NCBI GenBank assembly: GCA_002269645.1
Contig: NIVC01001809.1
Span: 1-64,000 of the forward strand
Origin: Macrostomum lignano
Lineage: Eukaryota
Direction: 5' to 3'
Length of the DNA stretch: 64,000 nucleotides
Shown: one piece after another, positions 1 through 12,580 of the stretch
How positions within the stretch are numbered: the stretch's first letter is position 1
How the letters are laid out: every line of letters starts with the position of its first letter
Notes under the pieces: generated by a model
Told to the model about the DNA's origin: nothing
The model's input: the letters and a program-made list of their open reading frames with translations, nothing else
Database searches by the model: none
Translations under genes and position numbers: made by a program

Positions 1-740
1 AACAAGCATCAATTTGGCCCAACAAGCACCAATTTGGTCCAACAAGCACCAATTTGGTCCAACAAGCATCAATTTGGTCCAACAAGCACCAATTTGGTCC
101 AACAAGCATCAATTTGGTCCAACAAGCACCAATTTGGTCCAACAAGCATCAATTCGGTCCAACAAGCATCAATTCGGTCTAACAAGCACCAATTTGGTCC
201 AACAAGCACCAATTTGGTCCAACAAGCACCAATTTGGTCCAACAAGCATCAATTTGGTCCAACAAGCACAATTTGGTCCAACAAGATCACCAATTTGGTC
301 CACAAGCAATTTGGTCCAACAAGCACCAATTTGGTCCAACAAAGCCAATTTGTCGGTCCAACAAGCATCAATTTGGTCCAACAAGCACCAATTTGGTCCA
401 ACAAGCATCAATTCGGTCCAACAAGCATCAATTCGGTCTAACAAGCACCAATTTGGTCCAACAAGCACCAATTTGGTCCAACAAGCATCAATTTGGTCAA
501 CAAGCACCAATTTGGTCCAACAAGCACAATTTGGTCCAACAAGCATCAATTTGGTCCAAAAAGCACAATTTGGTCCAACAAGCATCAATTTGGTCCAACA
601 AGCACCAATTTGGTCCAACAAGCACCAATTTGGTCCAACAAGCACCAATTTGGTCCAAAAAGCACCAATTTGGTCCAACAAGCATCAATTTGGTCCAACA
701 AGCACCAATTTGGTCCAACAAGCATCAATTTGGTCCATAG
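1..740. repeat. 20-bp tandem repeat (AACAAGCAYCAATTTGGTCC)n, truncated by window start
   Basis: About 36 consecutive near-identical units with occasional indels; accounts for all ORFs in 14..793. Confidence 0.95.
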
Positions 741-3506
741 CTTTATTTTCAACTGTTGCGAATGAGCAAGATCAGCCCCAGAATTGTGTATGATATGCTA
801 GGCTGTTGAACCAATGTCATTGGCTTGCGATCGAAGCGCTCGACAGAGTGAACACCCAAAGGACATTGCAAGGCTGTTCAATGTAAAAGAAAGATGGTTT
901 ACAGCATCCAGCAGCGCTTTGAAACCACTGCCGGCAGAGGTCGCCTGCGAAAAGAAAGATAATTCTATGTTGACGTTGCAGAAAATGTAGCAGAATTTGA
1001 AGAAACAGTTCCAGTTGGTTATCAGATTTTTGACTATCGGTAGAGCTCTGGAAAAGCGTTTGGACCAAATTGATGCTTGTTGGACTAAATTAAATGCCGC
1101 TCTGACAGCCTCGCTACCATAGACAAACATTGGCAAATGTATCTTGGATTAACTTAAATGCGCGTAAATTTAAATAAGCCGCAAAAAGCTATATTTGATC
1201 GAACTATGAGCTAATTATACCTTTGCTGAAATTGAAATGGTTAGGTCCTACAATGAATGGCGAAATGATTAACACGTAATTAGAACTTTTACCACAATTT
1301 TAAAGGAAATATATACGGCTGTAATTTTATTTACAAAATTTACGAATATATGGTATTATGATAGATACTTCTAACCTGCAAGAGTATATGTAGGTTAAAA
1401 ATATTACAATGGGAAAATCAGTTAAGGTTAGTGTTTGTTTGCATAAATAGAGAGTACGAGCGTATTTCGACTATATATCGAAAGCTACACGTCATCTTCA
1501 CATATATAAAAAGTGCGTAAATTATCTGTACATCACAAATTGTGCCCCTAAAGAAGAAAAATAATGCAAACATTCGAATCAAAACAAAAAAACATTTCGC
1601 TTCAAAAGTAGCAGTAATTAGTGATATTGGAGACTGCTAAAAGTACGAATTTCTGGACCTTTACGGCGTGTAAATTTAGTACCAAGGACGACTTAGGAAT
1701 TGCAGGAAACTTCATTTCCTACAAACCATCTGAAAGGCTGGTCTTTAATACACTACTGAGTTAGGAACTGTTCGCTAAAAGGATAACAAGCTTCTTATAC
1801 GCCATAAAACTTGCTTAGTACAAACTGGATATCCATAAAGCGAGCACAGGTCGGTCAAACGTCTTCCATAGTTAATATGTGATAAAATTGAAACACAAAA
1901 ATTCGAAGAGTGCCTGGAAAGTTCTGACACTTTTGATTCTAGAGCAAAAACGTTAGCAGCTGCAAGCACAACTTTGGTATCATTTTTAATGAATTCAGTC
2001 GCGTGTTTTTTGGTCATTTCATTCAAAAGTTATGTGTGAAAAACCATCGCAGTGCCCCTAAAATACCCCCCCCCCACTTCATTCCTCAACTTAAGTCTAC
2101 CGCGGCGTAGCTAAGTTGCGTCACTCGCAAGATTGAGAGACTTTACCTGCACTCTCAAAAATGGCGACCACAAACGGAATCTTCTGTAATGGCGAATTTT
2201 CGATGTTATAAATTTTGTTATAAATTTTGAATGAAATGACCAAAATACAGGCGACTAAACTCTATAAGTGTCAGACTTTTCCATACACCCCTCGTACACG
2301 TAGGCTGAAATTTTAGCCACAACTCATTGCACAGCTGCTCTATTATTGACTGGTAAAACTGTAAAACTATTCAACATGCTGAGCACGGGTTATACAACGA
2401 CGTCTTAAGTAGAAGGATGGGAAAAATACACTACGGAGATAGGAAGTTTTCATTTTTTCAGCACGAAAATTGCTATTGCTTTTGATAGGAGGCCGATCCA
2501 GTGTTCATCTTTTGATATGTTGTGCCTTTCTTATTGCTCTATCGATATTATCGATATTCATATTGAATACTTTGAATATTGAATATTGAATACTTAATCT
2601 TAGGAGGCAGATCCAGTGTTCATCTTTTGATATGTTGTGCCTTTCTTATTGCTCTATCGATACATAGTAGGTTACGAATGGCTATGATTGGCTGAAAAAT
2701 ATGCACCATATTCGATAAAGCAATAAGAAAGGCACAACACATCAAAAGATGAACACTGGATCTGCCTGGCAGAAAAACCTGCCTTCTCTAAACATTGCAA
2801 AGAAACGAGGTTTCCCATCCTTCTACTTGAGTTGTCCTTGGGGTTATATATAACTATTTGAACGCATTTGTCGCATACAACTTGCTGATTGAATATCACA
2901 GGGAAAATTAACCGAAAAGTTGTGCAATTTGGTTTAGCAGTTTTACTATTCAATAGATCAACCTATGCAAGGGGTTGTGGATAAAAGTTGGGCTCGTTCA
3001 CAGCAACTTTTCGTAATTTATTAACGAAATATCAGCAAATGAACAGATAATACATTAAATAACTATTGCTACACAAATAATTATTCAATTTATTACAAAA
3101 TGAAAACAATTTAGAATAAAATTAGCACCTGATAATTTATAAGTAGCATAAAACTGATTAAATATGGCGCTTCATATTGTTAAAAAATTACCATAAGATA
3201 CACAATATCAACATATAAGCGGAATGTGTACATATGGATTGTTTTACTCGTAAATGGCGCTAAGAATAAATCAATTTGTCCAAAAATACGCACGTGTTTT
3301 TAGAAAAATTGCCAAGAACAGACACAACCATAACTTGTAGCCATAAAATCACGCGGTTACCTCGTGGATTTGTTTCTTTGCTTTGCGCTCTGGTCCGCCT
3401 TCATTGCACTAGGATAAAAAGTGAGTTTGACATATTAGCTTTGCCTCAGATCATAGAATAACAAAGGCTTCCATTCTTGAATAAGTGTTGAATAAATTTG
3501 GCATCC

Positions 3507-4379
3507 TCAAAAGCTACTAGTGGCATTGGCACTAGCAGATGCTGCCACTTTTTTGCGCGCATTGTCTTGATCGCGCCTGCTTCCAGGCGTAGCAGACTGT
3601 TGCTCGGTAGTGCCACTAGCTGGAATGCCTGGCGTACTGCCTGCCAGGACTGGATCCATCACGTCTAGTAGTTGCGCAGGCGGTGTCGTCTGAGTGACTC
3701 CGGCGCTTAGGCTGCGCGCTAGCAGCGGTCGGGACGACTGAGTCTGCTCTGGAGGCGATGACGGTACCGAAGCGGCCCGACCGAATATGCGCCATTGTTG
3801 CATAAACTTTGGCAATCTCTTTGAGTATGTACGGCCAAGAAGCAGTGCTGCTACTAGTGCTGCGAAAATTATAATTAATACCAAACCGATAGCAAGAAAG
3901 ACAACATAATTTGGCTGCTCATAGTTTGTAGTTGACTGATAATTGTAGGCAGCTGCAGCATTATTATTAGTGGACGCAAATCTACTAGCAACCGAAGCGA
4001 CACTGTTCAATGTGGAAAGATGGGTGATGGTGGAAGCTTCACGTGTTGTACTAGCGCTTGTAGAAGGCAAAGTAGTAGTTTTGGTACTGTTGTCGCAGTA
4101 ATACAATTCTTTTAATTTTGAACAAAACTCGTCACTAGGACGTGGCTGACTGCAATGCTGCCAAGTGGCCTCACAATGTACACAAGTGCAGTGGACATCG
4201 TAGTACTCATTTTCGGAGCAATTTAGCATGTTCTGAGTTTGCCGGACGCACTCGTACCGACTCATTGGGTAGCTCAGTGGATTTTTTACACTCATCGACA
4301 GAACCAAATTAGACATCAAGTTGATCTGAATCAGAGTTACAAAAGTCAGAAATTTCCAAATTTGGTTATTTGCTGCCAT
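3507..4379 (-). CDS. Type-I membrane protein with 8-Cys TNFR-like (BCMA/TACI/Grindelwald-like) ectodomain, paralog A, 290 aa
   Basis: First ATG at 4379 (the ORF track starts at a GTG). Hydrophobic signal peptide; C-x9-C-x9-C-x-C-x2-C-x6-C-x9-C-x8-C with CSENEYYD; S/T-rich stalk; TM segment VVFLAIGLVLIIIFAALVAALLL; P/S/T-rich tail. Membrane topology is well supported, the TNFR assignment less so. Confidence 0.75.
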   Translation of the reverse strand: MAANNQIWKFLTFVTLIQINLMSNLVLSMSVKNPLSYPMSRYECVRQTQNMLNCSENEYYDVHCTCVHCEATWQHCSQPRPSDEFCSKLKELYYCDNSTKTTTLPSTSASTTREASTITHLSTLNSVASVASRFASTNNNAAAAYNYQSTTNYEQPNYVVFLAIGLVLIIIFAALVAALLLGRTYSKRLPKFMQQWRIFGRAASVPSSPPEQTQSSRPLLARSLSAGVTQTTPPAQLLDVMDPVLAGSTPGIPASGTTEQQSATPGSRRDQDNARKKVAASASANATSSF

Positions 4380-6068
4380 CACCAGACTTCTCCAGGGAAG
4401 AGAGCGCTATCGCAGCCCGTTTTAGCTCACATGCATGAAATTTTAGCAAGGCATTTAAAGAGAGCATATAGACGACATTGATATACAAACAAGTAGGGGA
4501 CACATTTAAAAATCATTTCGTTAAGATGAACAGAAACTGTAACTGAAAAAGTACAAAAAATCAACTCTTTACCAGTACTATTTCTGCATTAAAATTAAAA
4601 AGTCTACCATTTGTCATCTTGCCTTATGAGACTATAAGGGCCTATAATATTTTGTAGCCATAAATACTTATTTAAAGCAGTGAATTAAATTTTAAAGACA
4701 TCAATATTAAATTTATGACGTTTATTTTTACAAGCAAAATTTACAATGTTTACAACAGATCAAGTGGCGCTTGGAAGTAATAATTTAAAATCAATAAAAT
4801 AACGTGCAAACAAAAAAGACAAAAAACAACTGCGGATATTAAATAAGCTTCTTTTGATTTTGATTAATTGCTTTCGTTATTTCAAACACAATAGTTTTTC
4901 GAAAACATATAAAAAGTAATTCTCCAGCTACACACTAGCATTGAATGCCAAGTATAATATAAGCAGATATGAGAGAGCATATGCAAATAGGACCGGAACG
5001 AAAACGCACAATTTAATATTTTGACATGGGCTCGCAATATGTTGTGCTTCGAATGTACAAAACGGAATAATATTTGCCGGTGAAAAAATGACGCATTATT
5101 AGATTAATATATGCCAATCCCACCGCCTAAAACATTGGGTTCATCGCTGCGAGTGGTCTGGTAGCGCATTAGGCGTTGTCTTTTAAATGCCATAGCGCGA
5201 ACGGGGTGACGCAACACCTAGCACCATTTTCCTGGCCACGCTGGAAACCTGACCATCGCTATTAACAACAACAGCAACATTGATAGTCAATTAGCAGGTT
5301 TTAAGTCACACTTGGTAATTTAGCTGTTTTAAAAACTAGAAAGAAAGACGCATAAAGACATTTAAATTTTTTAAGTACAGTGTACATTTTCTTTAGTGAT
5401 ATTTATCTGGTGCTGTTTAAAACAGAACAAGGCTTTTTAAAAATTCAAAAATTAAGAATTGGAATACTTCACACGATATTTTGTTGAGGCAGAGTGACGC
5501 AAAGGATGATCACAGATATATAAATAAAAATGTTGCAGAAATATTGACGATTACTACTTTAAGCATTGGGGACACAAGAAGCAGAATTTGGATTTTTGAA
5601 TGGATTTTACAGCTGCTAATCTGTGTTATTTCAAGTGATCTTAAATCTCTTTCTCTGCTTACTATAAAGTTTGTCAACTTAAGCTTATAAAGTGGAGCCC
5701 AATACACAAATGATACGTCATTATGCTCACAGTGACACCAGGAAGCTAGGTTGGGCGAAAAAGTGACAAAAAATTGGACCTAGGATAGGGGAGAACAAGC
5801 AAAGGGATAATTTGGGACACCACTTTATTAGCTTAAGTTTACATAATAGTTCCTAATTATACGTCGTCTTTTTGTGGTGTTTTTTATTATGATGCATACA
5901 GAAATTTTTTGTCTGCTAAAAACTTTCTTTAACAAATACGATTGTTTTGTTCAAAGATGGTTAATTTTACAGATTACAGACCTAGGTTGGAGCGGCTGTT
6001 GTATTATTCGTTATGACAAATTAACAATTCATACAAAAACGTTTTAAATTTTCGAATGACCCGACAGT

Positions 6069-6845
6069 TCAGGCATTGGCTTGCGGAGCAGGGTCAGGAG
6101 TGTCTGGTATGTCGACCACTACCGGCTCATAATCCGAGCCATTTTCCACATGCTGCTGCTGCTGCTGCTGCTCATCAAGCAGAGGAGATACCGATTCAAT
6201 TACAGTAGGCTCACTGAGCACGCTTACTCTGCCGTTAGTATTGTTCTGCTGGATCGCGCTGTTGTTTTCAAAAGCTGCTAATGGCGGCTGAGTATGTGCT
6301 TGCCGACTCCTAGGCAACAGGCGACAAAAGCTAGTAAACTTCACTCTTATCACGTCGGCGTACTTCAATCGAATGAACACCGCTATTCCGATTACAACAA
6401 CTATGATAATTAGAATAGGAATTGTTATCTTCACTGCAGTGGACAGACCGTCATAGACTTTGCCGTTGCTGTCGGTAGTTAACAACAGATTATCAGTACC
6501 TCTGCTAGTAGACTCTACGCCTCTCGCACTGGTGGTAGGAGTGAAACTACTAGCATTGCCACTGCTTGTAGTATTCAGTGCGCAATAGTTTAGCTCACGA
6601 TATTTCGGACAAATTAAGTCATTAGGATTTGAAAAGCATCTTTGTTTCACAATGGTGCAGCTCTGACACTCGCATTGCGAGTTAAAATAATTCTCGCTTT
6701 GATTCGAGCAAGCTTGAAGCAATCTTACATTAATTTTATCCTTGCAAATGTTGAAACTGAAAGGATATGACACTTCCTGTGCTACGGAATCAAGTAGCTG
6801 GCATACAAAGATTATTGTTGACAAAACGATAATCCGGCAATCCAT
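6069..6845 (-). CDS. Type-I membrane protein with 8-Cys TNFR-like ectodomain, paralog B, 258 aa
   Basis: First in-frame ATG at 6845 (the ORF track starts at a TTG). Signal peptide; C-x11-C-x11-C-x-C-x2-C-x6-C-x8-C-x8-C; shared EL-x-YC motif with paralog A; S/T stalk; TM segment ITIPILIIIVVVIGIAVFI; poly-Q tail. Confidence 0.75.
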   Translation of the reverse strand: MDCRIIVLSTIIFVCQLLDSVAQEVSYPFSFNICKDKINVRLLQACSNQSENYFNSQCECQSCTIVKQRCFSNPNDLICPKYRELNYCALNTTSSGNASSFTPTTSARGVESTSRGTDNLLLTTDSNGKVYDGLSTAVKITIPILIIIVVVIGIAVFIRLKYADVIRVKFTSFCRLLPRSRQAHTQPPLAAFENNSAIQQNNTNGRVSVLSEPTVIESVSPLLDEQQQQQQHVENGSDYEPVVVDIPDTPDPAPQANA

Positions 6846-7009
6846 AGGGCCATAAAAAAGCAATAAAGTAATTTTTGTATTACCAAATAATTGCTGCAGA
6901 ATAAATAAACAAATATTAATTAGAAAAATAAGTATAATTCTCCATCAGAAAATTTTTTATCCACTACAATAAAAAATACCATTTTTCACTCCTAAATAAT
7001 ACTATCTAA

Positions 7010-7770
7010 GACTCTAGATAACATCACCTGTGACTCTAGAAAATTACTACCTGTGACTAGACAATAGCACCTAAGACTCTAGATAACTACCACCTGTGAC
7101 TCTAGAAAATTACTACCTGTGACTAGACAATAGCACCTAAGACTCTAGATAACTACCACCTGTGACTTTAGATAATTACCACATGTGACTCTAGACAATA
7201 GCACTTAAGACTCTAGATAATTACCACCTGTGACTCTAGACAATAGCACTTAAGACTCTAGATAATTACCACCTGTGACTCTAGATAATTACCACATGTG
7301 ACTCTAGACAATAGCACCTAAGACTCTAGATAACTACCACCTGTGACTCTAGAAAATTACTACCTGTGACTAGACAATAGCACCTAAGACTCTAGATAAC
7401 TACCACCTGTGACTCTAGAAAATTACTACCTGTGACTAGACAATAGCACCTAAGACTCTAGATAACTACCACCTGTGACTTTAGATAATTACCACATGTG
7501 ACTCTAGACAATAGCACTTAAGACTCTAGATAATTACCACCTGTGACTCTAGACAATAGCACCTAAGACTCTAGATAACTACCACCTGTGACTTTAGATA
7601 ATTACCACATGTGACTCTAGACAATAGCACCTAAGACTCTAGATAACTACCACCTGTGACTCTAGATAATCACCACCTGTGACTCTAGATAATTACCACA
7701 CGTGACTCTAGACAATAGCACTTAAGACTCTAGATAATTACCACCTGTGACTGTTGATAATACCACCTGT
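7010..7770. repeat. Composite 22/23-bp minisatellite (GACTCTAGATAACTACCACCTGT / GACTCTAGACAATAGCACCTAA)
   Basis: Two alternating unit types share a GACTCTAGA core. Confidence 0.9.
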
Positions 7771-8078
7771 CAAACCAAATCAAAAGAAAAGAGACAGATA
7801 TACCCGTGAAAAAAAATTGCATAGACAGCTCCCAATCGGGCACATGTGCCAATATTATATTATATTTACTTAACATTAAGGGAGCCCACAATGGCGTTAG
7901 TAAGTTTAATAATATTTTATCTAAATTAAAGAACACTAGCTAGCTAGCTACCTACCCAAATAATAACTATTAAACAATGAATAAACTAGCGCATCTGAGG
8001 GTGTGTTCCAGTCTGTAACAGAAGCATCTATGATAGGTCAGTCAACAACAAAGCTGGGGACACAATCAAGTTCTGATT

Positions 8079-10755
8079 TTAATGAGCCAGAGGCGGCGGG
8101 TCGGGCTCGGGGAACTCGCCAATGCTGGCCCAGTAGTAGTTGTACAGCCGGTACGGCTTGATCTCCCAGTGAATCCGGTGCTCCAGCGGGGTGAGCTGCA
8201 CACCCAGATCGGCCAGTGTCGGATTGCCAGGCGTCAGGGTGTCAGTCACAAATTCTCGTTCGATCCGGTCTAGCGAGTAGGGCGGACTGACCGGCCGGAC
8301 GAAATTTATCAGGCGCATTTGCAGCTTGAATGGCAGTGTTCGATTGAATTCGGTTAAGCGAATGTTGCTGGGACTGTATCTAAGCACCTGGTAGATGTAG
8401 GTGATCAGGTGGTCCAGCCGGTACCTACGGACAGGGGGGGGGGGGTCATGACAAGATAACAGCTTTCTACTTTCAGATCTGTAGCAATGGATAATACATA
8501 AGCTTCTTTTATAAATAGAAGTCCAAGCTTGCAGGCGTTAAACAGCTTGCTAATTGGTTCACTGAAATGTACATGGCGGAATTAGGCTGGAACAATCGAG
8601 GAGGGGCAATAATAAAATTGGGCGGCTCGGCAGGGGTAGAGGTTCTGTGTGGAGTCTGAGGGTTTATTTAAATTGGGGGGGGATAAGGGGGCCGTAGCCC
8701 AGCGGTAGCGCAGCTGCTCTGGTGTGCCAGCGACCCAGGCTCGATTCCAAGTACAGTCACATTAATTCGGGGCTGAATTGGAATCTCGGCTTGGCTCTGC
8801 TCGTGCAATTAATGGCCTTGAGAGCCAACCCCCCAAGACACAGTGAAGTGTACATGCCTAACGATAATATAAAGCTAGGGCCGGTGTACACTCCTGTGTG
8901 AGTGTGTGCCTGCGTACGTATCCGCGCGCTTGTATGCCTGCTCAGGGGAGTCGGCGGAATGGGCAGTAATGCCTCTCGCCGGTTGTGTGTCTATGTCGCT
9001 TAAAGTGCGCCAGGGTGCACACAGCCCCCCTGCCTCTAATAAAAAAATAATAAATGGGGGGGGGTAAGAGCCAATAAATGAGCCTTGTGTCTTAAAAATA
9101 CATTAAAATGCTTCAGTTTCAGCTTCAGCTTCAGTTTAACTTACTACTGAATTGAAAGTAGCTTACACGCAATTGTGCTGAATGGCCCATCTAGTGATTC
9201 TAGTATCTGTCTGTAGTTTTGATTAAGATGGATAATAGCCTAGCATATTAACCCTTGGTGATGACCACCTAGTTCACTGAGCTTCTTGGTCATTTCTGAG
9301 CATCTTCCGGCTGACTTCTGAGCTGCCATTGACATTCTGATTGTCTCTGCACCAGGGTTGGGAAGGCAGACCTTCAGGGAGCCTACGGTACAGATGCACT
9401 ATAGCAACACGCAGTAAAACCAAAAATGCTACAGTATATACTTTAGATATACTTTATACTATACTATAGTGCATCTGTATATACTACAGTATATACTTTA
9501 GATATACTTTAGATCAGGAGGGGTTGTGGCTTAGTGCTTAACGAATGAAAGGTCAGGGGTTCGATTCTTGTCTTATTTGGAACAATTTGTGTCCTTGAGC
9601 AAGACACTCAACTCTGCATTGCTTCAGTTTTAAAATCACCAGCTGTATAATGGGTGCCAGCATTAGCTGGGGTAATTGAGGCAGTGTGGCGACGCCCCCC
9701 CCCAGTCCTTGGACTGAACAGCCGTACGCAGCCTTCAGATGCGCCGCGCAATAGCTGCGGCTGAGCTGTCGGTTGCACATCTGCCCAATAGGGCAGGTGT
9801 AATTATTTTTATTTTACTTGAAAACAACTAACTCTGATAGCGAAACGACTAACTAGATGACAAGACATTTTTCTATTGCAGTACAGTTATAGTTACTCCT
9901 GCCGTTTACCCAGTTTTTAATCAATTTTTAATCCCATCAGCACTCACCTGTGCGGTCCAACAATATCAAAGGTCTTGCCCATACAGCCGGGATCTAGCAG
10001 GGCTTTCACCACGCCGTCACCAACATCGCTAGCAAACACCGGCTGCTTGACAGTGGTCCGACCTTTCTTGTACAGTGGTATGTAGGTGACGCCGCCCAGT
10101 CCGGCTACCCGACGATAAGGCCTAGCGTACAGAGTCAGAAAGTGATCCAACTGGCCAAACATATCGGCGGGTCGGAACACGATAGCCTCGGGAAATTCTT
10201 CCCTAACAGCCATTTCGCCTTTGAATTTGGTGCGCAAGAACTCGGAGCCCTCCGGCAGCACGTGACCAGCTGGATTCGGACAGGCGTTCAACGAGCTGAA
10301 GTGCAGCAGCTTCTCAACGCCGCTCTCCTTAGCTAGGCGAGCAATACGCTGAGCACCCAAGTAGTTCACATCCTCAAATGAGAAATTTCTGGTCTCATTG
10401 TTTTTGCCAATTAGATTGACAACTACGTTGGAATATTGCATCGCCTTGCGCAGGCTGGCTTCGTCCTCCAGGTGGATGGGCAAGAACAGGATCTGACCCA
10501 GGTCGCCCATCAGTTTCGGCTCCTTTACATCGTAGGGATCGCCTCGGTACGGGCAGATCACCTGGCAGCCCATTTTGCCCAGCCTATTGACAACGTATTT
10601 GCCAAAGAAGCCGGAACAGCCAAACACTGTGGCAACCATGCCGCTAAATGAGCTGCGACCGCCTTTGCCACGCTTGTAGTCTGTTAGACGGCTTGCAGAG
10701 CTGTTGCACCGATGAGGCTGGTGAAGCTGGACAGCTTGGCATTGCTGCTGCTTAC
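8079..10755 (-). CDS. NDUFA9: NADH dehydrogenase (ubiquinone) 1 alpha subcomplex subunit 9 (39 kDa subunit); 5' exon not located
   Basis: Exon ~10755..9948 encodes KRGKGGRSSFSGMVATVFGCSGFFGKYVVNRLGKMG...MGDLGQILF...VVVNLIG. Donor GTGAGT at 9947 and acceptor TCCGTAG at 8425 join in phase 2 to give VGPHR/YRLDHLI. Exon 8424..8079 encodes DRIERE...PTLADLGVQLTPLE. The 5' boundary is uncertain. Confidence 0.93.
8687..9053 (+). mobile_element. tRNA-derived SINE, copy 1 (in NDUFA9 intron)
   Basis: A-box-like TAGCCCAGCGGTAGCGC, B-box-like GGCTCGATTCC and an A-rich tail. A homologous copy lies in reverse orientation at 15140..15517. Confidence 0.8.
9516..9810 (+). mobile_element. Second tRNA-derived SINE family with CORE-like central domain
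   Basis: GTGGCTTAGTG...GGGTTCGATTC head, then TGTGTCCTTGAGCAAGACACTCAACTCT...CAGCTGTATAATGGG, which resembles the CORE-SINE consensus as recalled. Confidence 0.6.
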
Positions 10756-11784
10756 CTGAGTGGATGAATGTGTACAAATTGGGATACAGGTAGAGGTAGG
10801 GGCCTAGGCCAAGTCGCATACATATAAAAAAATATAAAATTATAAAAAAACATATACTAACATATTACTGCTATACTAGTATACAATTAGTATTGGTAGC
10901 ATAAGCAACTACTAATACTAGTAGTACATACACACACACTGTCAGTCAACTCAAAAGATTCAGTCAATTCAGACAACCAAAGTGGCTTGGCCTTGCTTCA
11001 AACCTTTCATAACCAGCTCATGCATTTAATCTTGAACAAGCTCTTTGCTAATCCATGAATAAATAAAATGCTTCAAGGCTTCAATAAAATGATACAATAT
11101 ATATTCTGTATTCTATTAGCTAAAATTTAGCTAAGTATATTGCTTCAATTTTGGGCCTATACTATATGATTCAGAGTGTGAAATCATAATCTTAATATTG
11201 TCTTGTCAGAAGTTTTTGTCTAGCACTATATTGCACCAATGCGGCACATCTTTAACCCCCTTTAAAAGCCATTTCAAAATCGTTGCTATGTCACTCTATA
11301 GTCCAGATCAAGCTGAATACACACTCAAACAAAAAATAAATAATTACAAATGCACACCAAAAAAAGTTGAGTTATTCTCAAATCTAGGTTGGTGTTACAT
11401 CAATAAAACATATTTTTGCATGTGAAAAAATGACCTTTTTGTGTTGCATCAATGACCCCTTTTTAGCTGATATTTTTTTATTTTCTTTGTTTTTTATCTA
11501 TTACAAATACTATTTATAGCTGAAAATTGATATACAAACTTTTGTTTGACTGCTTCACTATAGACTATTGTATGCCAATTTTTTTGGTATATAATATACC
11601 TTCCACAATATGGCATACCGTACAAGCAAATTTTTTTGATAGGAATAGTTCTGGTACACGGCGCCATCAAACATTTTTGATAGGATTTGTTCTAGCGCAG
11701 GTGTGCCATGCGTTATACCTGATCAGCACACCCGCACTAGAACAAATCCTTCTGGTGGATTTACACTGCCATCATCCACCCCTC

Positions 11785-12580
11785 AATCAGTTATGCCAGC
11801 CTCATATGGGCCAGCAGCCTGAGCGTCAAGAGCAACCTTGAAACTCATTAAAAAATCCAGGGCAGAGCCTGCTGTATCACTATGGGCACTCCACCCTCTA
11901 CTCCTTTTGAAGGCATGAATGCCTTTTTCTATGCCCCTCCTCTGGATAATTATATCAAAGGAGAGGCGGCAAAGAGCACTTGGGCATCTTCTAGATGCTG
12001 GGGTGGCCTTCAAGAAAGTGCCAGCCTTTAAGAAGTGGTCGCTTATCCTGCACTCTGACCTTTGCCTTAAGGCTCTCGAGGAGTATGGCAGGCTCAACAT
12101 CCTCACAGACTCAATCCCAGCCACTCTTCTCCTGAACCAAAGGTATAAGGTCACTATTCAGCCTTGACACAAGGCGAGTGACAGCTGGAGCAACTCTGAA
12201 ATCCACTGTTACACTGACAGCTCTATGAGGCATGGTCTTTCAGGCTTTGGAGCTTGCATCTTCTTCAAGGGAAAAGTGGTGTGGAGCTACTTCCAGCACA
12301 CTAGGCTCAACTCCAGTGTTTTTCAAAGCAAGGTGCTTGCCATCAGCTCCTGTGCGGCAGAGCTGCGCTAAGGGCAGCTTAGCAGTCAGAAATTTATTTT
12401 TCACTTTGACAGCCAAGCAGCCCTTTGGGCCCTCTGCTGCAGCACCACTAGCTCCAGGTCCATCCTGGACTACAACACCCAGCTCAACGGACTTGCGCTA
12501 GGCAACCAGGTTGAGCTTAGATGGATCCCGGGCCATATGGTTTTCCTTGGCAATGAGTGTGCTGATATACTGGCTCATAC
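11785..12580 (+). mobile_element. Degenerate non-LTR retrotransposon fragment (RT C-terminus plus RNase H)
   Basis: Translates to SYASLIW...KIQGRAC..MGTPPSTP, then CYTDSS...SVFQSKVLAI...FDSQAALWAL...WIPGH..LGNECADILA, with in-frame stops. Confidence 0.85.

Noticed and set aside
14-793. Long ORFs in several frames (QQAPIWSNKHQFGP...)
   Set aside because: Translation of a 20-bp satellite; open on both strands with no non-repetitive domain.
8687-8765. Possible tRNA gene (also 9516..9580)
   Set aside because: A and B boxes are present but there is no complete cloverleaf; each continues into a SINE body.
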